24,000 nucleotides of DNA from Candidatus Kaiserbacteria bacterium RIFCSPHIGHO2_01_FULL_53_29 (GCA_001781125.1 MFKT01000018.1:4595-28594); one strand, 5' to 3'. Numbered from the stretch's first letter, positions 6,953 to 16,502 are shown. Notes: generated by a model not told the origin, from the letters alone. Numbers and translations: made by a program.

Positions 6953-8299
6953 ATGCAATTACCGAAAATAAAAATAGGGCAGAAGCCCACCTACATCAAA
7001 ATCGCGGAGGATGTGGACTTTTTCGGGTTGTTCCAAAAGATCGAACGGGAGTTTGAGACCTGTTTTGTTTTCGAATCTCTCGGTGAAGAAGGGAAATTTT
7101 CCCGCTATTCGATCATTGGGTTTGATCCTACGCATCTTATTTCTGCACGCGGCGACGACCTCATTGTCGATGGCCAGAGCTTCGCGGTGGAAAATCCCTA
7201 TGGCGCACTGCGCAAAATGATGCCACCTCGCGCGATAGGGAAAGAGTATGCGGGTGGCCTTGTGGGATACCTCGGATACGATGCCGTGCGGTATTTCGAG
7301 CCGTCGCTCCACATTAAAACACACGAGCACTTTCCGGCGTTCATGTTTGGTGTCTATACCGACGGCCTCGTTCTCGACAAGCTCACCAACGAGCTCTTCT
7401 ACTTTTACTGCGATACCGATAAGAGCGAGCTTTTGAGGAAAATCATGCACACAACCTACACGAAAGAGCCGCTTACGGTAACGTACATAAAAGACGGCAT
7501 GAGCAAGAAAGAACACGCGACCGCTGTCGAGAGTGTGAAAGAGCTCATCAGAGCAGGCAATACGTTCCAGTGTGAGGTCGGGTTCAAGACGGAATACAAA
7601 GTTTCTGGCGATACGCTGCAAATATATGAGAAGTTGCGCACCGTGAATCCGTCACCCTTTATGTACTATCTCAAATTTGGCACAAAAAAGGTGATAGGGG
7701 CCTCTCCCGAACTTTTGTTCAGCATTCGCGACGGTGAAATGACGACGCGGCCGCTTGCCGGTACCATCAGGAGAGGAAAAGACGACGCAGAAGACCAGCA
7801 GCTTGCGCGCGAACTGGTGAACGACCCGAAGGAGCGTGCGGAGCACACCATGCTCGTCGATCTCCACCGCAACGACATTGGACGCGTCGCGCAATTCGGT
7901 ACGGTCAAGGTCCGCGATCTGATGAATATAAAGAAATTCAGCCACGTCCAGCATATTTCGAGCGAGGTCGTGGGGCTTATTCGCCCCGAAGAAGATATGT
8001 TCTCGGGTCTTGCGGCGAACTTCCCCGCAGGTACCGTTTCCGGCGCGCCGAAGATCGAAACGATAAAGATCATCGACCGTAACGAGCCCGGGCCCAGGGG
8101 TCCGTATGGCGGCGGGGTGGGGCACTTCGGTTTCAATGGCGATTGTACGTTCGCTCTCGCGATACGGTCCCTATTCATTTCTGATACGCAAGCCTTTGCG
8201 CAGACCTCCGGCGGCATTGTCTACGATTCACAGCCGGAAAAGGAATACGAGGAAGTTACCAACAAGCTCGCTGCTATGAAGAAAGTACTTGATGTATGA
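6953..8299 (+). CDS. trpE: Anthranilate synthase component I
   Basis: Full-length TrpE-like, 448 aa: FESLGEEGKFSRYS (Trp feedback region), GASPELLF, RPLAGTIRRG, EHTMLVDLHRND, FPAGTVSGAPK, GPYGGGVG. Confidence 0.95.
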   Translation: MQLPKIKIGQKPTYIKIAEDVDFFGLFQKIEREFETCFVFESLGEEGKFSRYSIIGFDPTHLISARGDDLIVDGQSFAVENPYGALRKMMPPRAIGKEYAGGLVGYLGYDAVRYFEPSLHIKTHEHFPAFMFGVYTDGLVLDKLTNELFYFYCDTDKSELLRKIMHTTYTKEPLTVTYIKDGMSKKEHATAVESVKELIRAGNTFQCEVGFKTEYKVSGDTLQIYEKLRTVNPSPFMYYLKFGTKKVIGASPELLFSIRDGEMTTRPLAGTIRRGKDDAEDQQLARELVNDPKERAEHTMLVDLHRNDIGRVAQFGTVKVRDLMNIKKFSHVQHISSEVVGLIRPEEDMFSGLAANFPAGTVSGAPKIETIKIIDRNEPGPRGPYGGGVGHFGFNGDCTFALAIRSLFISDTQAFAQTSGGIVYDSQPEKEYEEVTNKLAAMKKVLDV

Positions 8300-8892
8300 A
8301 AGTCCTGATCCTCGACAATTACGATTCTTTCACGTTCAATCTCTACCAGTATATAGGGGAGATCTTGACCGCCGGAGGTCAGACCTTTACGCTCGATGTG
8401 GTGCGCAATGATGCGATTTCGATCGATGAGATCAGGAAGCGCACGTACGACAGGATCGTGATTTCTCCAGGGCCCGGTGAACCTTCCGACAGAGCGTATT
8501 TTGGCGTGTGTGCGGACGTCTTGACCATTATTGGCAGGCAGACCCCCGTTCTTGCGGTATGCTTGGGGTTACAGGGTATGGCGCACTATTTTGGCGGAAA
8601 AGTCGTCCGTGCGGAGCTTCCGATGCATGGTAAAGCAAGCACCGTAACGCATGACGGAAAAGGGGTTTTTGAGGGCTTGCCACAGAATCTCAGCGTCATG
8701 CGATATCACTCGCTCATCGCGGAAAAGGAATCACTTCCCGCATGTCTTTCCATCACGGCCACATCCAATGACACCCAGGAGATCATGGGCTTGCGGCATA
8801 CCGAATATCCCATAGAAGGCATCCAGTTCCATCCGGAATCGTTTGCTACGGAGGGCGGAAAGGAGCTCCTGAAAAATTTTCTTCACGTATGA
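8296..8892 (+). CDS. trpG: Anthranilate synthase component II (glutamine amidotransferase)
   Basis: Class-I GATase: ILDNYDSFTFNL, ISPGPG, CLGLQ (catalytic Cys), IQFHPES. ATGA overlaps on both sides. Confidence 0.9.
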   Translation: MKVLILDNYDSFTFNLYQYIGEILTAGGQTFTLDVVRNDAISIDEIRKRTYDRIVISPGPGEPSDRAYFGVCADVLTIIGRQTPVLAVCLGLQGMAHYFGGKVVRAELPMHGKASTVTHDGKGVFEGLPQNLSVMRYHSLIAEKESLPACLSITATSNDTQEIMGLRHTEYPIEGIQFHPESFATEGGKELLKNFLHV

Positions 8893-9902
8893 ATTCCGTC
8901 GAACTTCTTAACGCATTGATCGAGGGGAAAGACCTGAACGCGTCAGACACGCAGGAGTTTTTTAATGCGGTCGTGCGCGGGGAGATCCCTCCCGCGCAGA
9001 TCGCCGGCATCCTCGTGGCGCTTCGCATCAAAGGGGAGAGTGTTGAAGAGATTGAAGGCTTGGTGCGGGCGATGCGTTCCCACATGGTGAAGGTGGATGC
9101 CCCCGGTGCGATCGATATCGTTGGCACGGGCGGCGGGGAAGTCGATCCGTTCAATATCTCAACTGCGGCGGCCCTTATCGCCACTGGTGCAGGGGCTAAG
9201 CTTGCAAAGCACGGCAATCGGGCGGCGTCAAGCAAGTGCGGTAGCGCTGATGTGCTGGAAGCACTCGGTGTGAATATTCAAGTCTCTGCTGAGCAAGCGT
9301 CGAATGTTTTCAAGAACGCGGGGATCGTTTTTCTATTCGCTCCTACGTACCACCCGGCGACGAAAAACGTGGTTGTCGTACGTAAGGAGTTAAAGATCCG
9401 CACCATCTTCAATGTGCTTGGACCGTTCGCGAACCCCGCGGGAGCGAGGCGTCAGCTCGTCGGCGTTCCAAATCCAGATGTTGCGAAAAAGATGATGGAA
9501 GTGGCGAAGAATCTCGACTACGAGCGCCTCATCATCGTTACGTCAGGGGGAATGGATGAGATAAGTATTGTCGGGAAAACACAGGCACTGGAACTCTCGG
9601 AAGGAAAGATGCGCGAATTCGAGATAGATCCGAGCACGTTCGGTTTCAGCGGAAAGAAAGAAGATCTCGCCAGCGGCGATGCACAGACGAATGCAGCGAC
9701 CATTCGCGACATTCTCAAAGGAGAAAAAGGTCCCAAGCGCGATGTTGTGGTATTGAACGCTGCATACGGTCTCTATGTGGCCGGGGTAGCCAAGACACCC
9801 GAGGAGGGAATAAAAGAGGCTGAAGAATCAATCGACAGCGGCAAGGCGGCGGCGGCGCTCGAAGCCCTGATACGCGAAACGCAGAAGTACAAACCCGTAT
9901 GA
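8889..9902 (+). CDS. trpD: Anthranilate phosphoribosyltransferase
   Basis: DIVGTGGGEVDPFNISTAAALIA, KHGNRAASSKCGSADVLEALG and FNVLGPFANPA are TrpD hallmarks; 337 aa. Confidence 0.95.
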   Translation: MNSVELLNALIEGKDLNASDTQEFFNAVVRGEIPPAQIAGILVALRIKGESVEEIEGLVRAMRSHMVKVDAPGAIDIVGTGGGEVDPFNISTAAALIATGAGAKLAKHGNRAASSKCGSADVLEALGVNIQVSAEQASNVFKNAGIVFLFAPTYHPATKNVVVVRKELKIRTIFNVLGPFANPAGARRQLVGVPNPDVAKKMMEVAKNLDYERLIIVTSGGMDEISIVGKTQALELSEGKMREFEIDPSTFGFSGKKEDLASGDAQTNAATIRDILKGEKGPKRDVVVLNAAYGLYVAGVAKTPEEGIKEAEESIDSGKAAAALEALIRETQKYKPV

Positions 9903-11722
9903 AAGTCCTAAAAGTCATTCCCATTAAAAAACCTCTTGACGCCGAAGTAGCCATTCCCGGTTCTAAAAGTTACACCAACAGAGCGCTCCTCATGGCCGCA
10001 CTTTCGGGAAATACAGTGCGCATCAAAAATCCACTCATAAGTGAAGACACTGAGGCGATGATCGGCTGCCTGCGCGAGCTCGGTATTGCCTGTACGCTCG
10101 AAGACGGGCTCGTTACCGTTGCGGGCGGCATCGATTTGGTCAGTGACCGCGAATACAATCTCGATGCGAATCTCTCTGGGACCACGATCAGATTTATCTC
10201 GGCACTCTCGGCTCTAGTTCCCGGGACAAAGACCATTCATGGTAAGCCTCGTCTCAATGAGCGCCCGATCTACGATCTTGTAGATGCATTGCGGCAGCTC
10301 GGAGCCTCGATCGAGTACCTTGACCGGGAAGGCTACCCGCCTATTCGTATCTCGTCTTCGGAGCTTTCTGCGGGAGTAGTCAAAATGAAAGGAGAAGTAA
10401 GTAGTCAATTCCTGTCGGCACTTCTTATGGTGGCGCCCCGCATCGGCGACGTTGAAATACATATTGAGGGTGAACAGATATCAAAACCCTATGTAGACAT
10501 GACCATCGACGCTATGAAGCAATGTGGTGTTACCGTTGTCAACGATCAGTATGCGAAATATCGAATTACGGCAGGAGCAAAATACAAAATGACCGAGTAC
10601 GTGGTAGAGGGTGATGTTTCAAGCGCGTCCTACTTTGCAGCTATCGCGGCTTTGACCGGATCGCGTATTACGCTCAAGAATATGAATCCGCAGTCAGTAC
10701 AGGCGGATATGGGATTTCTTACCATCCTCGCCGGTATGGGGAACGAGATCACGAATGGGGAGAATGAGATAACGATACAGGGCCGTGGCGTAAGGGCGGT
10801 TGATGTCGACATGCGGGGTTGTCCCGATCAGGTACAGACGCTCGCCGTTCTCTCCGCATTCGTGTCGGGCATTACGTCGATCTCCGGCGTGCGTTCGCTA
10901 CGAGTAAAAGAGACGGAACGTGTCGCGGCGCTTGAGCGGGAACTTGCGAAGATGGGCGTACAGGCAGAATCGACCCCCGACACGCTCACCATCCATGGGC
11001 GTGCGCCGAGGCCCGCGGTGATCGACACCTACTGGGATCATCGGATGGCGATGGCGTTTACGGTTGCGGGGACGAAACTGGAGGGCATGGAGATCAGGAA
11101 TCCGGACGTCGTCGGGAAGACGTTCCCCGACTTTTGGGAGAAACTCAATTCGATCGGCATCAAGACGGAAATTTCCGAGCGGGAACCAAATATTGTGCTA
11201 ATAGGGATGCGCGGAAGCGGGAAGACAACGATCGCAAAAATGCTTTCCACCCGTCTGCAGCGCACCAGCATCGAGATAGACGACGAAGTCGTAAAGAAAA
11301 CAGGAATGAGCATCGCCGATATCTTTGCGCATCACGGAGCGGAATATTTCAGGAACAAGGAGTCCGAAGTAGTGGATGAAATGCTGGCAAAAGAGAATAC
11401 CATCATCTCTACCGGAGGCGGGACCATATTGCGACCCCACAACATCGAACAGCTCAAATACAACGCCATCTGTTTCTGGCTGCGGGCTCCCGTCGAAGCC
11501 CTGGTAGAGAGAATGGAGAGTGATCCCTCATCGTCGCAGCAGCGGCCCACTCTCACGGACAAGGAGACACCCGAGGAAGAAACTGCGGAAGTATTGCGAC
11601 AGCGGGAGGCGTTGTATCAAAAAGCCGCGGATGAGGTCGTGGATACCCAGAATAAGAACCCGGGGGGGATCGTCGAAGAGGTATTACTCAAATTGAAAGC
11701 GCGCGGAATTAACGTACAATAA
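9899..11722 (+). CDS. aroA-aroK: Fusion protein: EPSP synthase (residues ~1-425) plus shikimate kinase (residues ~431-607)
   Basis: The N-terminal part has [47 protein letters not shown] and DHRMAMAF (AroA). From nt ~11189 the sequence [14 protein letters not shown] (Walker A), STGGG and RPTL matches AroK. It is one uninterrupted 607-codon frame. Confidence 0.9.
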   Translation: MKVLKVIPIKKPLDAEVAIPGSKSYTNRALLMAALSGNTVRIKNPLISEDTEAMIGCLRELGIACTLEDGLVTVAGGIDLVSDREYNLDANLSGTTIRFISALSALVPGTKTIHGKPRLNERPIYDLVDALRQLGASIEYLDREGYPPIRISSSELSAGVVKMKGEVSSQFLSALLMVAPRIGDVEIHIEGEQISKPYVDMTIDAMKQCGVTVVNDQYAKYRITAGAKYKMTEYVVEGDVSSASYFAAIAALTGSRITLKNMNPQSVQADMGFLTILAGMGNEITNGENEITIQGRGVRAVDVDMRGCPDQVQTLAVLSAFVSGITSISGVRSLRVKETERVAALERELAKMGVQAESTPDTLTIHGRAPRPAVIDTYWDHRMAMAFTVAGTKLEGMEIRNPDVVGKTFPDFWEKLNSIGIKTEISEREPNIVLIGMRGSGKTTIAKMLSTRLQRTSIEIDDEVVKKTGMSIADIFAHHGAEYFRNKESEVVDEMLAKENTIISTGGGTILRPHNIEQLKYNAICFWLRAPVEALVERMESDPSSSQQRPTLTDKETPEEETAEVLRQREALYQKAADEVVDTQNKNPGGIVEEVLLKLKARGINVQ

Positions 11723-11729
11723 AGTGATT

Positions 11730-12812
11730 ATGGCAGGGAACAGCTTCGGACAATTATTTCGGATAACGACCTTCGGCGAATCGCACGGCGGTGCTGTCGG
11801 CGTTGTGCTCGATGGTTGCCCGCCGGGTATTGAGATTACCGAGGAAGAGATCCAGAAGCAACTCGACCGGCGTCGACCCGGACAGAGCAAAATAACGACG
11901 CCGCGCAAGGAGGCCGACCGCATCAAGATACTTTCGGGATACTTCGAGGGCAAAACGACCGGTACGCCGATGCTCCTCATCGCTTACAACGAAGAATACG
12001 AATCCGACGATTACCTCGAGCTCAAAGAGGCCTACCGGCCCTCACATGCCGACTTTACGTATGAGGCCAAGTACGGTTTCCGCGATTGGCGGGGAAGTGG
12101 TCGCGCTTCTGCGCGCGAGACCCTCGCGCGCGTCGCCGCCGCCGCAGTCGCCCAAAAATACCTAAAGGAGAAACTCGGTATCGAGATCTTGAGCTATGTC
12201 GATCAAGTCGGTGATATTAAAGCCGACATTGATTTTAATACTGTGACACCAGAACAGATAGAATCCAATATCATCCGCTGTCCGGATCAGAGTGCAGCGG
12301 AGAAAATGATAGCCCTCGTCGAGAAGGTGAAAGCCGAGGGGGATTCCATCGGCGGCGTTATTCAGGGTGTCATCCGCAACGTCCCTGCAGGCCTCGGTGA
12401 GCCGGTCTTCGACAAAATTCCCGCCGATCTTGCAAAAGCGATGATGAGTATCAATGCGGTGAAGGGATTCGAGATCGGTTCGGGCTTCGCGGGCGTGTCG
12501 CAACGGGGAAGCGAACACAACGACCCCTTTGAGATACGCGATGGGGAGATCCGCACCAAGACCAACAACGCCGGAGGCACATACGGCGGTATTTCTAGCG
12601 GCGAAACTATCCACTTCCGCGTCGCGTTCAAGCCGGTTTCAACGATTAAAAAAGAGCAAGATACGGTGAATCGTAAGAAAGAGGCCGTCAAACTCTCTGC
12701 GGCGGGCCGTCACGACCCATGCGTCCTCCCCCGCGCCGTCCCGATTGTGGACGCGATGAGTGCTCTGGTAATCATGGATCACTATCTCCGCAACAAAGCA
12801 CAGAACGGTTGA
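11730..12812 (+). CDS. aroC: Chorismate synthase
   Basis: [35 protein letters not shown]-like [12 protein letters not shown] and GGISSGE. I prefer ATG 11730 over the upstream in-frame GTG 11724. Confidence 0.95.
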   Translation: MAGNSFGQLFRITTFGESHGGAVGVVLDGCPPGIEITEEEIQKQLDRRRPGQSKITTPRKEADRIKILSGYFEGKTTGTPMLLIAYNEEYESDDYLELKEAYRPSHADFTYEAKYGFRDWRGSGRASARETLARVAAAAVAQKYLKEKLGIEILSYVDQVGDIKADIDFNTVTPEQIESNIIRCPDQSAAEKMIALVEKVKAEGDSIGGVIQGVIRNVPAGLGEPVFDKIPADLAKAMMSINAVKGFEIGSGFAGVSQRGSEHNDPFEIRDGEIRTKTNNAGGTYGGISSGETIHFRVAFKPVSTIKKEQDTVNRKKEAVKLSAAGRHDPCVLPRAVPIVDAMSALVIMDHYLRNKAQNG

Positions 12813-12824
12813 CCAGCGTCGCCT

Positions 12825-13583
12825 TCAGAAACCGAGCAGGAGCTTGAGACCCAAGATGCCGCCCACGATGACAAAGAGTGTTTTGATGAATTTGTTGCCC
12901 TTGTAGCGTGCATAGCGTGAGCCGATGTACGCGCCGACCATAGAACCTAAAATCGCTAAGATTGCGAGCTGTATATCGAAGTATCCTTTGCTGATGAGGA
13001 ACGCTGCGCTGAAAATTGACCACGGAAGTACGATAAGGTAGTAATGGCCAAGTCCGTCAATAAAATCAAAACCTCGTGTGTAAAAAGTGAGTATCGAAAG
13101 AGCGATTGCATTACCGACCCCAAGAATCAGTTCGTAGAATCCCATCACAAGCGCAAAAGGATACGCGTATATCCCGCGTGACTTCGAATATTCTCTTTTT
13201 TCCTGAAGCCCTATATCTTTATTGAAATAGAGATACACGACGAACAAGAGAATTATCACACCAATGCAGATTTGGTATATACGTGGTTGCACGGTGAGTA
13301 TCGCAGCTATACCCAGATAACATCCGATGAGACCGATACCGCTAAAAAGAAGGACGAACATCCAATCCACCTTCCGCCCCTTAAGATAATTGTAAGCAGC
13401 GGGCATTGTCCAGAATACGTTTGTCGTAAAAGCCGTGGAAATAATTATGGGGATGGGAATACCAAGCGATATGAAAACGGGGTACATAATTATCTCCAGC
13501 CCACCGCCCGACATTGTGCCCAATACCGTGGCAGCGATAGCCGTGAAGAATACGGCTACCATGCCCAAGGCATCCAACTCCAT
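12825..13583 (-). CDS. TauE/SafE-family (DUF81) anion permease-like membrane protein
   Basis: 252 aa with ~7-8 hydrophobic helices. It has the Gly-rich N-terminal motif TMSGGGLEI and a C-terminal repeat typical of TauE/SafE. An extended -10 TGATATCAT (13598..13590) lies 6 nt upstream of the ATG. Confidence 0.7.
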   Translation of the reverse strand: MELDALGMVAVFFTAIAATVLGTMSGGGLEIIMYPVFISLGIPIPIIISTAFTTNVFWTMPAAYNYLKGRKVDWMFVLLFSGIGLIGCYLGIAAILTVQPRIYQICIGVIILLFVVYLYFNKDIGLQEKREYSKSRGIYAYPFALVMGFYELILGVGNAIALSILTFYTRGFDFIDGLGHYYLIVLPWSIFSAAFLISKGYFDIQLAILAILGSMVGAYIGSRYARYKGNKFIKTLFVIVGGILGLKLLLGF

Positions 13584-13613
13584 CGCTCAATGATATCAGA
13601 GGAAACAATACCC

Positions 13614-13655
13614 ATATCATCCTAGCTCACGCGGCCACGTGAGCTAGGATGATAT
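13614..13655 (-). terminator. Perfect 18-bp stem / 6-nt loop hairpin downstream of trpA (probable terminator of trpCBA; possibly also an operator for the permease gene)
   Basis: ATATCATCCTAGCTCACG (13614-13631) and CGTGAGCTAGGATGATAT (13638-13655) are exact reverse complements. The T-rich flank is CTTTCTTTTTT on + and only a weak GGGUAUUGUUU on -. Confidence 0.55.
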
Positions 13656-13677
13656 CTACTATTCGCTCCTTTCTTTT

Positions 13678-14511
13678 TTACTCCGTTTGGATTATTTCTC
13701 GAATTGTTTTTTCAACGGTCCCAATCCCCGAAGCCTTGATCGCATCCACAAATACACTGCCGGCGATGACGATGTCGGCTATTTTTGCGAGCGACTGGAC
13801 GTCCTCTTTTGATTTCACGCCGAAACCGACGGCAAGGGGAAGATTGAAGACGCGTTTGGCGAGGGTGGCAAAGTCTGCGAGATCTTTGGCAAATTTGCTG
13901 GTGGCACCCGTGATACCTTGTCGCGAGGTGCAATAGACAAAGCCGAGCAAGTCTTTTCCTCCAGAGGAGGATCCGCCTCCGGCGGAGGCGAGTTGTTTCA
14001 GTCGCTCTTCCGGTACTCCCGGCGAGACGACGGGGATGAAACAAATATTGTTTTCTTTACACGCAGCGATGAGCGCCTGACCTTCTTCGGTATCAAATGG
14101 GCAATCGGGGACGATAAGCGCGCTCGCTCCAGCATCAGCGATTGTTTTTACGAATTTCGGAATACCGTATCTGAAAACCGGGTTGGTATAACTCATCACC
14201 GCAACGGGTTTTCCGAACGCGGCGACTTTTTTAAGGAGTTCGAGCGATTTGGCGACCGTCGCACCTGCTTTTAGGGCGTCTTCGCTTGCAACAGCAATTG
14301 TCGGGCCGTCGGCCATGGGGTCCGAGAAGGGGATCTGCAGTTCGATAATATCCGCGCCGCCTTTCACCAGTGCCTGCGCAACTTGTTCAGACTCACTGTC
14401 GCTTCGATATCCAGCGATCATGTGTGCCATAAAAAAGGGCTTGCCACTTTTTACCCTGAGCAAAGTTGAAGGGTCTCCAAGCAGTGTCTGCAACTTATTC
14501 ATACCGGCCAT
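13678..14511 (-). CDS. trpA: Tryptophan synthase alpha chain carrying an 11-residue Gly/Ser insertion
   Basis: ELQIPFSDPMADGPTI, MSYTNP, GFVYCTSRQGITG and GFGVKSKED are TrpA motifs. I chose start ATG 14511 (MAGMNKL...), which overlaps the end of trpB; ATG 14502 is an alternative. The longer ORF extending to 14562 is probably upstream read-through. Confidence 0.9.
   Translation of the reverse strand: MAGMNKLQTLLGDPSTLLRVKSGKPFFMAHMIAGYRSDSESEQVAQALVKGGADIIELQIPFSDPMADGPTIAVASEDALKAGATVAKSLELLKKVAAFGKPVAVMSYTNPVFRYGIPKFVKTIADAGASALIVPDCPFDTEEGQALIAACKENNICFIPVVSPGVPEERLKQLASAGGGSSSGGKDLLGFVYCTSRQGITGATSKFAKDLADFATLAKRVFNLPLAVGFGVKSKEDVQSLAKIADIVIAGSVFVDAIKASGIGTVEKTIREIIQTE
13953..13987. repeat. 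Copy 1 of an exact 35-bp repeat (in frame within trpA, encodes SAGGGSSSGGK)
   Basis: cttttcctccagaggaggatccgcctccggcggag is identical to 20472-20506. Both copies have the same orientation and sit in the same reading frame relative to their host genes. Confidence 0.95.
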
Positions 14512-15706
14512 ACTCGTCTTTGAGAAACTCTCGGAAACTTTCGTCCTTGAAAGCACGCGCAAAGTTGAAGAGATCTTTGTCGCCGCGTCCGGAAAGCGTC
14601 GCGACGATGATGGAATCTTTCGGCATTTTCGGAGCGATTTTTTGCACGTGCGCTAGTGCATGCGCACTTTCAAGTGCGGAAATGACGCCTTCGAGCTTTG
14701 CAAAAAAGTCGACCGCGGCGACAGCTTCATCATCAGTCGCGTACGTGAGCTCGACTCGCCCTTCGGCATGTAGATTGGCAAGTTCCGGCCCGATTCCCGG
14801 ATAATCAAGCCCAGCAGAGATCGAATGCGTAGGCGCTATCTGTCCGTCTTCTGTTTGCAGAAAGAGTGATTTATAACCTTGGAAAATGCCTTCCGCGCCG
14901 CTAAGCACACGTGAAGCGTGTTCACCAAGCTTTTTGCCCCGCCCTCCTGCCTCCACTCCGATGAGTTGAACACTTTTTTCATGTATAAAATCGTCGAAAC
15001 TTCCCATCGCATTAGAGCCGCCCCCGACACAGGCAACAACTACGTCCGGCGGTTTTCCTTCACGCTCTTGCAGCTGCGCACGTATCTCGCGCGAGATCAC
15101 CGACTGGAAATAACGGTTCATCGACGGATAGGGTTTTGGTCCGACGACACTGCCGATGACAAAGTATGCTTCGTCTAAGTTCTCCATCCAGAATTTGAGC
15201 GCCTCATTCACCGCGTCTTTGAGGGTTTTTGTCCCGTATTCTACTGGCACTACGGTTGCGCCGAGCCTCTCCATCAAGAAGACATTCGGACGCTGGCGCT
15301 CCATATCGATGCGGCCCATAAAGATCTTGCAGGAAAAACCGAGCTTCGCAGCCACCGTTGCGGTGGCAACACCGTGCTGTCCGGCACCGGTATCGGCGAT
15401 AAGCATTTTCTTACCGAGTCTTTTTGCGATGAGCGCCTGTCCGAGGCAGTGGGTGATCTTGTGCGCGCCCGTGTGGTTTGCGCCCTCGTTCTTGAGGTAG
15501 ATTTTCGCGCCCCCGAGCTCCTCGGTCGCGCGCGCGGCGAAGATAAGCGGCGTCGGGCGGCCCGAATAGTTCTTCAGTAAGTTCTCGAATTCGCTTTTGA
15601 ACGCAGTGTCTTTCTTAGCGTTCTCAAATTCAGCGTCGAGTTTCTGCAGTGTCTCCCAGAGCATTTCGGGTACGTACGCTCCCCCGTATGTATGTTTTTC
15701 ACTCAT
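14495..15706 (-). CDS. trpB: Tryptophan synthase beta chain
   Basis: HTGAHKITH (PLP lysine), GAGQHG, VGGGSNAMG and SISAGLDYPG; 403 aa. ATGA overlap with trpC. Confidence 0.95.
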   Translation of the reverse strand: MSEKHTYGGAYVPEMLWETLQKLDAEFENAKKDTAFKSEFENLLKNYSGRPTPLIFAARATEELGGAKIYLKNEGANHTGAHKITHCLGQALIAKRLGKKMLIADTGAGQHGVATATVAAKLGFSCKIFMGRIDMERQRPNVFLMERLGATVVPVEYGTKTLKDAVNEALKFWMENLDEAYFVIGSVVGPKPYPSMNRYFQSVISREIRAQLQEREGKPPDVVVACVGGGSNAMGSFDDFIHEKSVQLIGVEAGGRGKKLGEHASRVLSGAEGIFQGYKSLFLQTEDGQIAPTHSISAGLDYPGIGPELANLHAEGRVELTYATDDEAVAAVDFFAKLEGVISALESAHALAHVQKIAPKMPKDSIIVATLSGRGDKDLFNFARAFKDESFREFLKDEYGRYE

Positions 15707-16482
15707 AGCATTGCTTGTTTCAATTCATGTATTTTTGCAAGGGGATCGGATGATTTCAAGATGGAGGTTCCTACAAGAATACCCCGCGCCCCGGCTTTGC
15801 GCACTCTCCGCACATCCTCGGCGTTCTCGATGCCCGACTCGCTTATCATCGGTATTTTTTTTGGAATGAGGTGGGTGAGCGTCTCGGTGACAGCCAAGTC
15901 AACTTGGAGCGTCTGCAAATCTCGGTTGTTGATCCCGATCACTTCCGAGCCGGCCGCAAGAGCTTTCGCGACTTCGATCTGATTGTGCACCTCAACAAGA
16001 CTGTTCATGTGGAGCTTTTTTCCTAGGTCGATGAGATGTATAAGCTCGTCTACCTTCAATATGTTTGCAATAAGAAGAAATGCATCGGCTCCACTAAGGA
16101 GCGTCTCGTACACCTGATATTCGTCAACAATAAAATCCTTACGCAATATTGCCTGCGGCACTCGCGCTTTGACTCGTTTGAGCAATTCGATGTCGCCGCC
16201 AAAATATGGCTTGTCGGTCAGGACCGAAATCACATCCGCCGAGCTTTTTGCGTAGAGGTCGGCAATATCAAGCGGAGGCTCCGTAATGAGCATACCCTCC
16301 GACGGGGATTTGGGTTTTATCTCGGCGATAAGGACACTCCCGCGATCAAAGAGCTTTCTGAATGATCGTCGTTCAGTTTTGAAGCTTTCGGCCTCCTTTT
16401 GCAGCACCTCAAGCGGTCGAGCCGCCTTGATGGCTTCGATTTCAAGGCGCTTTTTTGCCACTATTTCATCCAAAATAGTCAT
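15703..16482 (-). CDS. trpC: Indole-3-glycerol phosphate synthase
   Basis: IAEIKPKSPS, ISVLTD..YFGG, LRKDFI, IGINNRDL and ESGI motifs; 259 aa. Confidence 0.95.
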   Translation of the reverse strand: MTILDEIVAKKRLEIEAIKAARPLEVLQKEAESFKTERRSFRKLFDRGSVLIAEIKPKSPSEGMLITEPPLDIADLYAKSSADVISVLTDKPYFGGDIELLKRVKARVPQAILRKDFIVDEYQVYETLLSGADAFLLIANILKVDELIHLIDLGKKLHMNSLVEVHNQIEVAKALAAGSEVIGINNRDLQTLQVDLAVTETLTHLIPKKIPMISESGIENAEDVRRVRKAGARGILVGTSILKSSDPLAKIHELKQAML

Positions 16483-16502
16483 ATCCGTAGTATACTCGCC
16501 AC

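Noticed and set aside
14900-15050. Other Gly/Ser-rich strings (TrpB VGGGSNAMG; IlvA PIGGGGLVAG at ~23300; AroB GGGVVGD at ~18640; ggatcc in folD at ~1470)
   Set aside because: These are family-conserved cofactor-binding loops or chance restriction sites. Their nucleotide sequences do not match the 35-bp repeat.
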